Shown piece after piece: positions 19,545 through 28,787 of a stretch of 64,000 nucleotides of DNA; within the stretch, counting starts at the first letter, position 1, and every line of letters starts with the position of its first letter. Source of the stretch: an uncultured Chloroflexia bacterium (lineage in GTDB: Bacteria > Chloroflexota > Anaerolineae > Anaerolineales > UBA4823). The DNA lies in contig CAVSBZ010000007.1 in the NCBI GenBank assembly GCA_963726315.1, positions 450,435 to 514,434 of the forward strand. Direction: 5' to 3'. Under the pieces are notes generated by a model, which worked only from the letters and a program-made list of their open reading frames with translations, had not been told where the DNA came from and searched no databases. Both the position numbers and the translations under genes were made by a program.

Positions 19545-20084
19545 TTACTGGGCAAATTCTGAAATGGAAGGGATTGATTTGGTGCGAGCCACAAACCACC
19601 AAACTGAAATTCCCACCAGGGCGCCACCGATCAGTGCAATTGGAAGCCACTCGATTACCTGGTTGAGGATGATTTTTTGAAATGCAGAACTCCACGCCTG
19701 CCAGAAACCGGCTTGCTTGGGCCCCTGAATGAGCAGATATTCCATATTTGGCAATCCCCATAAAGCCAGGAGCAACAGATAGAAAATGTAATAACCGGCG
19801 ATTGAGCAAACCCAACACAAGGCTCCTGCCAGTGCTGACCGGGAGGCTGAGCGCGAAGCGCGGCTTTCATAGAATGTGACCGGTAAGACAGGAACCAACC
19901 AGATGCCATAGTTCAACAGGATGATGATGGGTATGACGATGGGGTTATTTTGCAGCTTCCCCCAGGAGAGCTGCGCCAAGAAATTCAGATAGTACCAGTC
20001 GGCAATACCGAACAAGAACCCAACCAATGAATAAATCAACCAACGTTTTTTCCCATGCACAGCTTTATCTACTCCAAAAACCAA
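19545..20084 (-). CDS. Small integral membrane protein, unknown function
   Basis: 179 aa with 4-5 hydrophobic helices and no recognisable motif. TTG start in the track; GTG at 20060 (MHGKKRW...) is an alternative. Confidence 0.45.
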   Translation of the reverse strand: MVFGVDKAVHGKKRWLIYSLVGFLFGIADWYYLNFLAQLSWGKLQNNPIVIPIIILLNYGIWLVPVLPVTFYESRASRSASRSALAGALCWVCSIAGYYIFYLLLLALWGLPNMEYLLIQGPKQAGFWQAWSSAFQKIILNQVIEWLPIALIGGALVGISVWWFVARTKSIPSISEFAQ

Positions 20085-20364
20085 TCTTTATTTAACCAGT
20101 CTAAGATAAAAAGCACGTAATTACTCATCGATTAAAAATTAACCTCAACACATTTGAAATTTGAGGCGAAAACCCCTGATACATAAAAAACGGAATACCC
20201 CCTCCCGCCTCCCCCACCACGCTCACAAAAACAGTTCGCTAGGCAACGAAAACAAAAAGCATGTTTTTAGGGGAGGAGTATTGAGGTATGGGCTGTGCGA
20301 TGGTCGAGTTATTTCGATTAATCATCAAATAGATGAGTAATAACAAAAGTACAATAACCCACTT

Positions 20365-21462
20365 TCAGATGTTTTGTTTTATTGCGATGGAATAGGCTTT
20401 TTCCAGCTGGGGGAAATTTTTTCCCCAATCGGCACGGGCTTCAGCAATCCGGCGTGCTTTGTTTCCCATCTCGGTGAGGTCTTCCCGATGCTCAAGAGCA
20501 TATAAGATCGCTGCGGCAAGGGCTTCAGCATCACCGTCGGGGAACAACCAACCATTCTCACCCGGGGTGACCCATTCCCGGTTGCCAGGAATATCGGGGA
20601 CAATCGCCGGGGCTGCTGTAGCAAAAGCTTCCAATAAGGAAATCGAAGTGCCATCACTATGGGAGGCGCTGAGATATAAATCTGTGGTCTGATAGTAAGC
20701 AGGCAGGTCTGCAAAGGATACCTGACCTGGGAAAATGACTCTATCGTAAACGCCGCCGACTAATAAAATCTGCCGAATGGGGGCTAACTGGGAGCCACCG
20801 CCTAAAAGGGTGAGGTGAAGCTCTGGGCGTTTCCGAGCGGCGATAACGAAAGCCCGGGCGATCACATCGATACCATAAATTGGTTCCCAGCTGCGAGTGG
20901 AGAGCAGGTTAAAGCTTGAAGTATTTACATCTTTACAGGACGAAACGGTAAAGTGAGTAAGGTCGATGCCCCAGGGGAAGGTCACGATGCGCTCATCAGG
21001 CATGCCATAGGAGACTGCCAGCTTGCGGATAGTGTCGCAATCGCCAACGAAAGCATCGCTGTGATACAAGGTATATCTCGTCGCCAGGTTCCAGAACGGA
21101 TTGATATTGGCATCGTGCAGCAGGTCATAACCCCATGACGCGCTAACCAGGGGGTGAAAATCAGCCAGGGCAGCTAAAAGGGCGCAACGCTGAATGGGAC
21201 CAGCGTGAATTAAGTCGGGTTTGACTCGACGGATGACTTCACGCAGGCTCTCGAGCAAGCGAAAACCATCTTTCAACCTGGCAGGCTGGCTGCCTCCCGC
21301 CCATTGGACTGATTCAATCCCTGGTGGGAGAGGACGGTCTTCGAGGGTTTGTTTTCCTCCTTCCAGGCGTAAATAAAACACCTGGTTGTCTGTATTCGAC
21401 AGGGCAGTGAGGAAGCGATGGTCGTGGGTGGTGTAATCGCGGGAAAAATAGATGATCCGCAT
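20365..21462 (-). CDS. Family 4 (GT-B) glycosyltransferase
   Basis: DGTSISLLEAFATAAPAIVPDIPGNREWV..GENGWLF is the E-x7-E-type GT4 C-terminal signature; 365 aa. Confidence 0.85.
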   Translation of the reverse strand: MRIIYFSRDYTTHDHRFLTALSNTDNQVFYLRLEGGKQTLEDRPLPPGIESVQWAGGSQPARLKDGFRLLESLREVIRRVKPDLIHAGPIQRCALLAALADFHPLVSASWGYDLLHDANINPFWNLATRYTLYHSDAFVGDCDTIRKLAVSYGMPDERIVTFPWGIDLTHFTVSSCKDVNTSSFNLLSTRSWEPIYGIDVIARAFVIAARKRPELHLTLLGGGSQLAPIRQILLVGGVYDRVIFPGQVSFADLPAYYQTTDLYLSASHSDGTSISLLEAFATAAPAIVPDIPGNREWVTPGENGWLFPDGDAEALAAAILYALEHREDLTEMGNKARRIAEARADWGKNFPQLEKAYSIAIKQNI

Positions 21463-21469
21463 CTATTCC

Positions 21470-21916
21470 TTATAAGCGATTATTTATCGCCTGGCTGAGA
21501 CGTTGAATCAACAGTTTATCGCGTTCATAGTCGAACACCATTGCATCCATTTCGGATTGAGGATGCGACCAGGGAAGACCTTTTCGATAAATCTCTGGTT
21601 CGGTCATGTAGCGGGGGACAATATGGGCGTGCAGGTACGGATCCAAATTGCCAGCGATGGCGTAATTTATTCGATATGCACCGGTAACTTCTAATAGAGC
21701 GTCTCCAACCACTGACATGTCACATAAGAATTCTGCCCGTTCTGCCTGGCTCAGATCATTCAAGCTGGATACAACCGGGTCTGCCAGTAAGATACAGTAT
21801 CCGCTGAGAAATTGTAAGTCGCACAGCACAACCCAACCTGAAGGTACCCGGCAGATGACGGTCGGGTTGGTTCCTGCTCGGGCGGTTTCAACGCGTTGGG
21901 GAATCGGGATGGGCAT
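21470..21916 (-). CDS. HIT-superfamily protein (nucleotide hydrolase/transferase)
   Basis: DPYLHAHIVPRY aligns with the HIT motif H-x-H-x-H-x-x, with the second and third His retained and the first replaced by Tyr; 148 aa. Confidence 0.55.
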   Translation of the reverse strand: MPIPIPQRVETARAGTNPTVICRVPSGWVVLCDLQFLSGYCILLADPVVSSLNDLSQAERAEFLCDMSVVGDALLEVTGAYRINYAIAGNLDPYLHAHIVPRYMTEPEIYRKGLPWSHPQSEMDAMVFDYERDKLLIQRLSQAINNRL

Positions 21917-21918
21917 GC

Positions 21919-22986
21919 TTATTCTCCCAAACCGGTCCAGCGAAGCTCTTTCCCCAACGGCATGTCTGATAATGCGCGTTTACCGATCACTGAGCCGATC
22001 TCATCCGGCTTAATGGCACCGGGAGTAGCAGGGCGGAGCACGTCGATCATTTCACGCGTGAATACTTCTCCGGCTTTGATATCACGGGCGGCACGCAGGC
22101 AGCGGCGCTGAATGACGGCTGTGTCGACCTCATTGCCGGCGACGAACTTGTCGGGGCTGCCCAGGCTGCGCTCCAAAATTCTAGTCTCCTCGACCATTGC
22201 CGCCCAATTGCGGGGGTCCATAGCAAACTTATGGTCAGGACCTTGGCGGTCATTGCTGTCAGTGAAATGACGTTCGATGACCTGGGCGCCCAGCGTCACT
22301 GCCGCTAAAACGGGTGCGACGGCATGGGTGTGGTCGGAAAGACCCAGGATCACATCAGGGAACAGGGTGGCATAGGTTTTGAGCACGTTGATGTGAAGGT
22401 GATCGTAGTTATCTGGGCTGGCAGTGTAATTTGTGTTGCACTGCATCAGCACAAGCTGAGGGTTGATCTTGAGAACAGCATGAATTGCCCGCTGGACTTC
22501 GCCGATATCGGAGGCACCGGTGGCAATAAAAAAAGGCTTGCCCTTGGATGCCATGCGCTCGAGAGCTTCGATCCAATCGATCTCCCCTGAACCGGCTTTA
22601 TACATTTCGACGTACGGGTCGAGCATATCGATGGTTTCGAAATCATACGGCGCAGAAAAGAAATCAATTCCCACCTGGTCGCATGCCTGTTTCAACACCG
22701 GAGTCCACTCAAATGGGATGGAGGCTTCGGAATATACCTGGAAAACCGACTTCTTCCAGGCGGCCTGGTGGGAAATCTGCCCATCCATGTGGGTGAAGCC
22801 GTAGTCTGAAACGATGTGCGGAGCGCGGAAGTTTTGGAACTTGGCTGCGTCTGCTCCGGCTTCCTTAGCGAGGCGGATAAGCATTTTGGCGCGCTCAAGG
22901 TCTCCATCATGGTTGGCAGCAATATCCGCGATGAAATAGGTGGGGTGACCTGGTCCGATGATATGAGTGCCGATCCGAATTTGCAT
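21919..22986 (-). CDS. NeuB/PseI/LegI-type nonulosonic acid synthase with C-terminal SAF domain
   Basis: YFIADIAANHDGDLERAKMLIRLAKEAGADAAKFQNF, LGLSDHT, ERHFT, and SAF-like RAARDIKAGEVFTREMIDVLRP. Confidence 0.85.
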   Translation of the reverse strand: MQIRIGTHIIGPGHPTYFIADIAANHDGDLERAKMLIRLAKEAGADAAKFQNFRAPHIVSDYGFTHMDGQISHQAAWKKSVFQVYSEASIPFEWTPVLKQACDQVGIDFFSAPYDFETIDMLDPYVEMYKAGSGEIDWIEALERMASKGKPFFIATGASDIGEVQRAIHAVLKINPQLVLMQCNTNYTASPDNYDHLHINVLKTYATLFPDVILGLSDHTHAVAPVLAAVTLGAQVIERHFTDSNDRQGPDHKFAMDPRNWAAMVEETRILERSLGSPDKFVAGNEVDTAVIQRRCLRAARDIKAGEVFTREMIDVLRPATPGAIKPDEIGSVIGKRALSDMPLGKELRWTGLGE

Positions 22987-23021
22987 GGTTTTCTCCGGGC
23001 TAGCATGGACAGGGAAAAATA

Positions 23022-23939
23022 TTAGCTTGTTCCCAGGCTGCGCAGCATGTGTGGATAACCCTGTTGATAAAGCTTGAATAACTTATCCAAACCTGTGGAT
23101 ACCCTGGGGAGAGATTTACCCAATTCATGCGCAAGCTTGTCAGAGCGCAGCGAGAGGTTAGGCGAGCGAACCGCTTTCAATCCCGCCTTTGCAATGGAAG
23201 TTGGGTTGATCAAACTGGTATCCAGGTCAAAGCGGTGGGCGAGACGGATACCAAAATCATACTTGCTCAGGGATTCGGAGCTTACCACGTGATACAGACC
23301 ACTAAGACCCCTCTCCAGCATCCTGACGAAAATATCTGCCAGGTCGTTGGCAAGCAGGGGGCAAAAGCACACATCGGTGAAACCCATTACCTGGTTTCCC
23401 TGGCTCAAGTTATTGAAGAAAAATTCTGCCAGGCTGCGGTTGCCGCTTTGGGACCAACCAAACAGATTAACCCGGGCGATGATAGCTGTTGGGTCTGCTT
23501 CGGCAACGGCTAATTCACCGTCCAGCTTGGTGCGGGAATACACACCCACAGGCGTGGGGCTATCTTCCTCGCTGTAGTTACCTAGCCATCCATCGAATAC
23601 TGAATCGGTGGAGACGTGAACCAGGCGCGCTCCGCTCCTGGCGACATGACTTGCCAGTGTGCGGGGGAGGTCGGTATTCAGCTGCTGCGCCAGGAGGGGG
23701 TCAGCCTCACAGGCATCTAAATTTGCCAATGCGGCACAGTGGATGACCCAGTCGGGTTGAGCCAGATCGAGCAGGCGCTCCACTGCGCCAGGAACCAGAA
23801 GGTCGGTCTGGATCACCTCGAAGGCATCGGTTTTTATGACATGCTGGCTGACCGTACCAAAAACCGTGTGCCGGGAGGTGGTTTCCAGTGCCAGGTTGAG
23901 ACCCAGCAAACCACTGGCTCCGGTGATGAGGATGCGCAT
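23022..23939 (-). CDS. RmlD-like NAD(P)H sugar 4-ketoreductase (RmlD_sub_bind family)
   Basis: MRILITGASGLLG, HCAA, STDSVFDG, YSRTKLDGE catalytic Y-x3-K; 305 aa. Confidence 0.75.
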   Translation of the reverse strand: MRILITGASGLLGLNLALETTSRHTVFGTVSQHVIKTDAFEVIQTDLLVPGAVERLLDLAQPDWVIHCAALANLDACEADPLLAQQLNTDLPRTLASHVARSGARLVHVSTDSVFDGWLGNYSEEDSPTPVGVYSRTKLDGELAVAEADPTAIIARVNLFGWSQSGNRSLAEFFFNNLSQGNQVMGFTDVCFCPLLANDLADIFVRMLERGLSGLYHVVSSESLSKYDFGIRLAHRFDLDTSLINPTSIAKAGLKAVRSPNLSLRSDKLAHELGKSLPRVSTGLDKLFKLYQQGYPHMLRSLGTS

Positions 23940-23944
23940 ATCAC

Positions 23945-24955
23945 CTATTCTTCAACATAACCATTTACCTGGCGACCTTCGAAGGGCGCCACCATGTCAT
24001 GGATTTGATCGACGCTTAACCACTGCGGGTTGTTATCACTTCCGAAGCGGAAACCAACGGGTAAACCCTGCCCTTCAGACTGCCAATCGTGACCGAACCA
24101 GGCGTTTGGGCTGGGCTGGACAACATACATATGTTCCATCTCTACTGCGGAGCGAGATTCATCTTCAGAGATCAATACTTCATGAAGCTTCTCACCAGGT
24201 CGGATGCCCACCACTTCCAGCCTTGCCGCAGGAGCGATGGCTTTCGCCAGATCAATGATCTTCATGCTTGGAATCTTGGGCACAAATACTTCGCCTCCGT
24301 GCATTTGTTCAATGCAGCTGATGACGAAACGAACTCCCTGGTCGAGGGTGAGCCAGAAGCGGGTCATACGATCATCGGTGACGGTGAGCTTGCCTGTAGA
24401 CCTCTGCTGCAGAAAGATAGGCACCACGCTACCGCGCGAGCCAACCACATTACCGTAGCGGACGCAGCTGAAACGGGTCGCCATCCCACCTGCGTAGGAA
24501 TTGCTCTGGATGATCAGTTTTTCGGCGGCCAGCTTGGTGGCACCATAAAGGTTTATCGGATTGACCGCTTTATCTGTGCTGAGGGCAAGGACTTTCTTGA
24601 CACCTGCGTCAAGGGCTGCCTCGACCACATTGCTGCTACCCAGGATATTGGTCTTGATGGCTTCCATCGGGTTGTATTCACAGGCAGGCACCTGCTTGAG
24701 AGCAGCCGCGTGGACCACAACGTCCACGCCGTGCATGGCACGGCGCAGGCGTTCGATGTCGCGCACATCCCCGATAAAATACCGCAGGGAGGGATGATCG
24801 AAACCAGCCACGCGCATTTCATGCTGTTTGAGCTCGTCGCGGCTGAACACGATCAGCTTGGCGGGATGGTATTCCTTCAGCATCGTCTCGATATATTTTT
24901 TACCAAAAGACCCGGTTCCACCAGTGACGAGGATGACTTGTTCGGTCCAGTTCAT
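23945..24955 (-). CDS. pseB: UDP-N-acetylglucosamine 4,6-dehydratase, PseB/FlaA1-type
   Basis: ILVTGGTGSFGKKY, SRDELKQHEM, FIGDVRD, VRYGNVVGSRGSVVPIF, MTRFWLTL, VFVPKIPSMKIIDLA, GIRPGEKLHE are colinear with FlaA1/PseB. Start set at ATG 24955 (MNWTEQ). Confidence 0.8.
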   Translation of the reverse strand: MNWTEQVILVTGGTGSFGKKYIETMLKEYHPAKLIVFSRDELKQHEMRVAGFDHPSLRYFIGDVRDIERLRRAMHGVDVVVHAAALKQVPACEYNPMEAIKTNILGSSNVVEAALDAGVKKVLALSTDKAVNPINLYGATKLAAEKLIIQSNSYAGGMATRFSCVRYGNVVGSRGSVVPIFLQQRSTGKLTVTDDRMTRFWLTLDQGVRFVISCIEQMHGGEVFVPKIPSMKIIDLAKAIAPAARLEVVGIRPGEKLHEVLISEDESRSAVEMEHMYVVQPSPNAWFGHDWQSEGQGLPVGFRFGSDNNPQWLSVDQIHDMVAPFEGRQVNGYVEE

Positions 24956-24986
24956 GGGATCTCCATTTTTACATATCCGGTTAATA

Positions 24987-25850
24987 TCATTTTTCCTTGC
25001 CCATCTCGACCAGCGGGTACTGCCCATACCTGCCTAGAAAGTGTGGGAAAAGTTCTTCCAGTGCGTAGATCAGCTTGAGCAGGAATTTTCCAGCGAAGCG
25101 TTCATGGATAAACGTGCGCAGGAAGCGCACGTTAACGCTCCGCCAGCAGTATACATTAATCGGCATCAGGCTGCCAACTTCCTTGTTGAGCCAGGCTGCA
25201 TTTTCTTTGCGTACATATGTGCCGCGTCGTTCTGCTTGATCTGCTGATGGATGGATTACCTGGTCGGGGTTGGTAGACCTGGTCTGGGGTCGAGTGATTG
25301 CGTATAGCCGTTCAGTCAGCATAATCCAAAAGTTCAGGAAGATCGTAAGTGGAGGGTTATCCCAGCCGTTGACAATCACGCCCTTGCCACTCGCGGCCAG
25401 AGTGCGCTGCAGCTCACCATAGGCACGCACATGATCGACGGGAGGCAGATGGTGCAGGGTGTGAAGCGATACCAGACCGTCAAACACATCCGATTTAAAG
25501 GGAAGGTTGGCAACATCGCAAACCACATATAAGCCATGGCTGCCAAGGCGTTTACGGGCTTCCTGCAAGGCTACGATGGAGATGTCAGCACAAATCCGGC
25601 GTTGGTAGCCCCTGGAATATTCAAGGTATTCCGGGTACTGGATTGGTCCGCAGCCGGCATCGAGCAGGTAGCGCCCCAAGGGGTTCAAATGGCGCAGCAC
25701 ACGCAGGTGGCAGTTATGGATGTACTCATGCGAGACAGGACGCAGGTCTTCATAAGAGGCATTCTGGTAGAAACCATCGCTCTCGGTCTGCCAGCCAACC
25801 CGGTCATAAAATTCGCGCACCTGGTGCTTGATTTCAGCGTCTGGGATCAT
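24987..25850 (-). CDS. Class I SAM-dependent methyltransferase
   Basis: YLLDAGCGPIQ SAM motif I and FDGLVSLHTLHHLP motif. Confidence 0.75.
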   Translation of the reverse strand: MIPDAEIKHQVREFYDRVGWQTESDGFYQNASYEDLRPVSHEYIHNCHLRVLRHLNPLGRYLLDAGCGPIQYPEYLEYSRGYQRRICADISIVALQEARKRLGSHGLYVVCDVANLPFKSDVFDGLVSLHTLHHLPPVDHVRAYGELQRTLAASGKGVIVNGWDNPPLTIFLNFWIMLTERLYAITRPQTRSTNPDQVIHPSADQAERRGTYVRKENAAWLNKEVGSLMPINVYCWRSVNVRFLRTFIHERFAGKFLLKLIYALEELFPHFLGRYGQYPLVEMGKEK

Positions 25851-25853
25851 TTC

Positions 25854-27465
25854 TCACCAATGGACAGGCTCGCCGACCAGGTAGCGAAAGGTCTGCTGAT
25901 AGGTAGCTAGTCCTTCATTGCTCAGCAAGCGCGACAACGGCCAGGTTTCCAGATCTTTCCAGAAGTGGACCAGGTGCCAGGGGAAGGGGTGCGGATACTC
26001 GAAGAAGAAGCGGTATGCATAATTCCAGGCTTGTGCCACCTGTACCTGGGATAGGCGAAATGAGCCAGGGTTTGCCAGGACGTTGGAAAGCAGCTCAAAA
26101 TAAGCTTCCCAGCTTGAGGGGTCCAGGGTAAACCCTTTGTCGCGGTAGTGGGTGTTGCCAACGACGATTACCGGTACACCAGTCATCGCCATTTCCATGC
26201 CCACCGTGGTGGTGTAGACCAAACCCAGGTCGGCGATCTCCACAACATCGTAGGTGTTCACCTTGGCATCTGCGGGTACCAGGTGGATGTTTTCAGGGAT
26301 TGAAGGTAATGCCTGGTGAACAACATCCGCGACGGAAGGTCCTTTGGTGATCAATTCTCCCGGATGGATGCGGACAACCAGCTGAACTTCCGGGTGACCG
26401 GCAAAAAAGCGCACTGTACGCTCAAGCCAATCGGTCATCGAATCACTAAAAACTTGCCGACCTAAAGTAAGGCTGTCACCGATCACGTTGGTTGCCAGCA
26501 GGATGATCGGGCGGTGGTCTAAGGATAGCGCCTGGCGCACCTGCTCGCCACCTTCAGAAGGCACTCCCTGCCATCGGCGGGCAAAGTTTTCCCACAGGCT
26601 GGCTCGTTGACGGGAGGTAAATAGGTTTACCACCTGGTCTTTCTGCTCAGGGGTCAAGGGCTGTTCCTGACGTGCATGCCATAATTGTGCGGTGTCCTGG
26701 CGCATGACCTCCGCATTCTGAGCCAGCCAGATGCGGTCACACTGCTCGCCGAATTCATAGGTGACGGTTGGGATGCCCAGATAACGCGCCAGCTGGTAGA
26801 TCACCCCAAATTCAAGGATGGTCCCATTGGGGAGGATGACTGAGATCAGGTCTATGACTTTCAAGGTAGGAAAAGGCAGCACCAGCCGCTGCCAGGTTGC
26901 GCTGAAAGCGCAGCTTATACAGGTCACTATCCAGGCTGACCTGTTCCACCTGGAGGGTATATTGGGTATCGCGCAAGGATACCAGCTCAACAGCCTGCTG
27001 CAGATCGGTTGGCAGATGCGGAGCCTTTGATTGGCTTAATAGTGGCACGATTTTTAGCAGGGGTGAAGCTTTCGTCAGGACGTTCTCGGTGTATATATTT
27101 TGACGCCGCAGGTTGAATGCCTCAATCGGCTTCTGCCAGCGGGCATAAGGCAGATAGGAAAGGCTAACGGAATGTCCCAAGCCCGCTAATGACATCCCCA
27201 AAAGCGTGGCGTGCTCGAGCCAGTAACGCAGGGTAGCGAAAATAAAGATGTTCTTAGCAGGTGAATCGGATGAACGGCTGCCAGATGCATAAACCTCAGA
27301 CGCCAACACCTGGGAGCGCCACTCCGGGATGGAAGCTTCCAGTCGGTCGAGGGTAAATTCAGCCGTCACGGGCTTACCCGGCTGGCGCAGGTACCAGTAC
27401 GCTTCGGCGGTAAGCGGGATTTGACCCAGTATCGACATGAGGTCTTGCTTACTGACCATTCTCAT
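25854..27465 (-). pseudogene. KpsS/KpsC-like (Capsule_synth-like) glycosyltransferase, paralog of 8325..9980, split by a +1 frame disruption near 26838..26845
   Basis: The N-part (track ORF 26812..27465) ends ...AAFSYLESHRPDL then goes out of frame. The C-part continues in the +1 frame as VILPNGTILEFGV...LLATNVIGDS...LVVRIHPGE...VYTTTVGMEMAMTGVPVIVVGNTHY. The junction parallels LLDNTSPQAVVLFNGQFFPEA in the paralog. The start ATG overlaps the wzt1 stop (ATGA). Confidence 0.6.
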
Positions 27466-28745
27466 AGGCGCTCAATCGTCCATTCCAAAGCCGGTCGAAT
27501 GGCACCCATACGGGGCTCAGGCCACTGCTTACCTGGGGCTCCGGTGGCATCGACGGTGAACGCCAGAGAGTGGTCATCCCAAAAATAGCGTTTGATGCGG
27601 AAGCTGCTGGCATTGACTGCCAGAACGTAGCGACCTTCATTCAGTATATCGGCTGGGATGGTACAGCGGCTGGTGTAATGACCGGTTGTTCGTACACCTT
27701 GTTGCTCGAACTGATGGGGGTCATCCAGGTCAAAGGAAGTGAACACATACTCACCACGCATCGTGAGGAGATAAATCCCGACACGTAAACCTGTTATGGA
27801 TTGGTCCAACCGGTACTCGATCTCGATAGTGAATGGCTCGGTTGAGCGTAAGGTATCAACCACGCGTGAGTTCTTGTCACGCAGGCGCAGCGCAATGGGA
27901 GCGAATGGAGCAGCATCTGCGGGGATTTCGGCGGAGGTCCAGATACGCTCCCCTGAGCCGGTGAAACCCGCGGCCATGTAATAATCCACCGCTTGAGGGG
28001 TGGGGGCGCGGTAGACCATGAGGCCTTTATCCAACACCATGGTCTCTTCGGTGAGGCGCAGTACGGCCGACATATTATGGCTCACGAAAAGCACGGTGCG
28101 CCCTGCCTGGGCAACGTCAGTCATCTTGCCCATGCATTTTCGCTGGAACTCGGCATCACCCACCGCAAGCACCTCGTCCACTACCAGTATCTCGGGTTCC
28201 AGGTGGGCTGCCACCGCAAAGGCGAGGCGAAGGTACATGCCGCTTGAATAGCGCTTGACGGGTGTGTCGATGAACTGCTCCACTTCAGAGAAAGCGACGA
28301 TTTCATCGAACTTTCGCTCGATCTCCAGGCGCTTCATCCCCAGGATGGCGCCGTTCAGGTAGATATTCTCACGCCCAGTCAGCTCGGGATGAAAACCGGT
28401 GCCTACTTCCAATAAAGAGCCAACCCGCCCGTGGATTTCGGCGTTGCCTTCAGTGGGCTCGGTAACGCGTGACAGGATTTTGAGCAGCGTGCTCTTCCCT
28501 GCGCCATTCCGTCCAACGATGCCAAGCACCTTACCCCGCTGGACTTCGAAGGAGATATCGCGAAGTGCCCAAATCGAGCTGGTTTCGGTAGAGGTGGAGG
28601 TGACTGCGGAACCGCGCCGCAACCGCTGGAAAGGCGCGTTGACTCCTGCGGCGATGGTATCGCGCAGGGTTTTATAGCGCTCGGGGGCAGTCCCGATGCG
28701 GTAGCGCTTGCCAAGATCTTCAACGCGGATAGCAATATCATTCAT
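27462..28745 (-). CDS. wzt: Polysaccharide ABC exporter ATP-binding protein (Wzt/TagH-like) with C-terminal extension
   Basis: GIVGRNGAGKSTLLKIL Walker A, YSSGMYLRLAFA signature, LVVDEVLAVGD Walker B, followed by about 180 extra residues (Wzt_C-like beta-rich sequence). Confidence 0.85.
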   Translation of the reverse strand: MNDIAIRVEDLGKRYRIGTAPERYKTLRDTIAAGVNAPFQRLRRGSAVTSTSTETSSIWALRDISFEVQRGKVLGIVGRNGAGKSTLLKILSRVTEPTEGNAEIHGRVGSLLEVGTGFHPELTGRENIYLNGAILGMKRLEIERKFDEIVAFSEVEQFIDTPVKRYSSGMYLRLAFAVAAHLEPEILVVDEVLAVGDAEFQRKCMGKMTDVAQAGRTVLFVSHNMSAVLRLTEETMVLDKGLMVYRAPTPQAVDYYMAAGFTGSGERIWTSAEIPADAAPFAPIALRLRDKNSRVVDTLRSTEPFTIEIEYRLDQSITGLRVGIYLLTMRGEYVFTSFDLDDPHQFEQQGVRTTGHYTSRCTIPADILNEGRYVLAVNASSFRIKRYFWDDHSLAFTVDATGAPGKQWPEPRMGAIRPALEWTIERL

Positions 28746-28787
28746 AAGGCGGATCGAGCCTCAGCAAGCGAAAAGGTCAGATATGTT

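Noticed and set aside
20288-20332. 14-codon plus-strand micro-ORF (MGCAMVELFRLIIK) preceded by GGGGAGGAG in the 280-nt spacer
   Set aside because: The G-rich Shine-Dalgarno-like string is equally explained as one arm of the C-rich/G-rich hairpin. There is no supporting conservation or promoter evidence. It is too short to evaluate from sequence alone.
24089-25078. 329-aa plus-strand ORF, the longest plus-strand ORF in the track
   Set aside because: It is entirely antisense to the strongly recognisable pseB gene and the adjacent methyltransferase. Its composition is Arg/Gly/His-rich, it has no recognisable motif, and no promoter or RBS context. It is a typical shadow ORF of a GC-rich gene.
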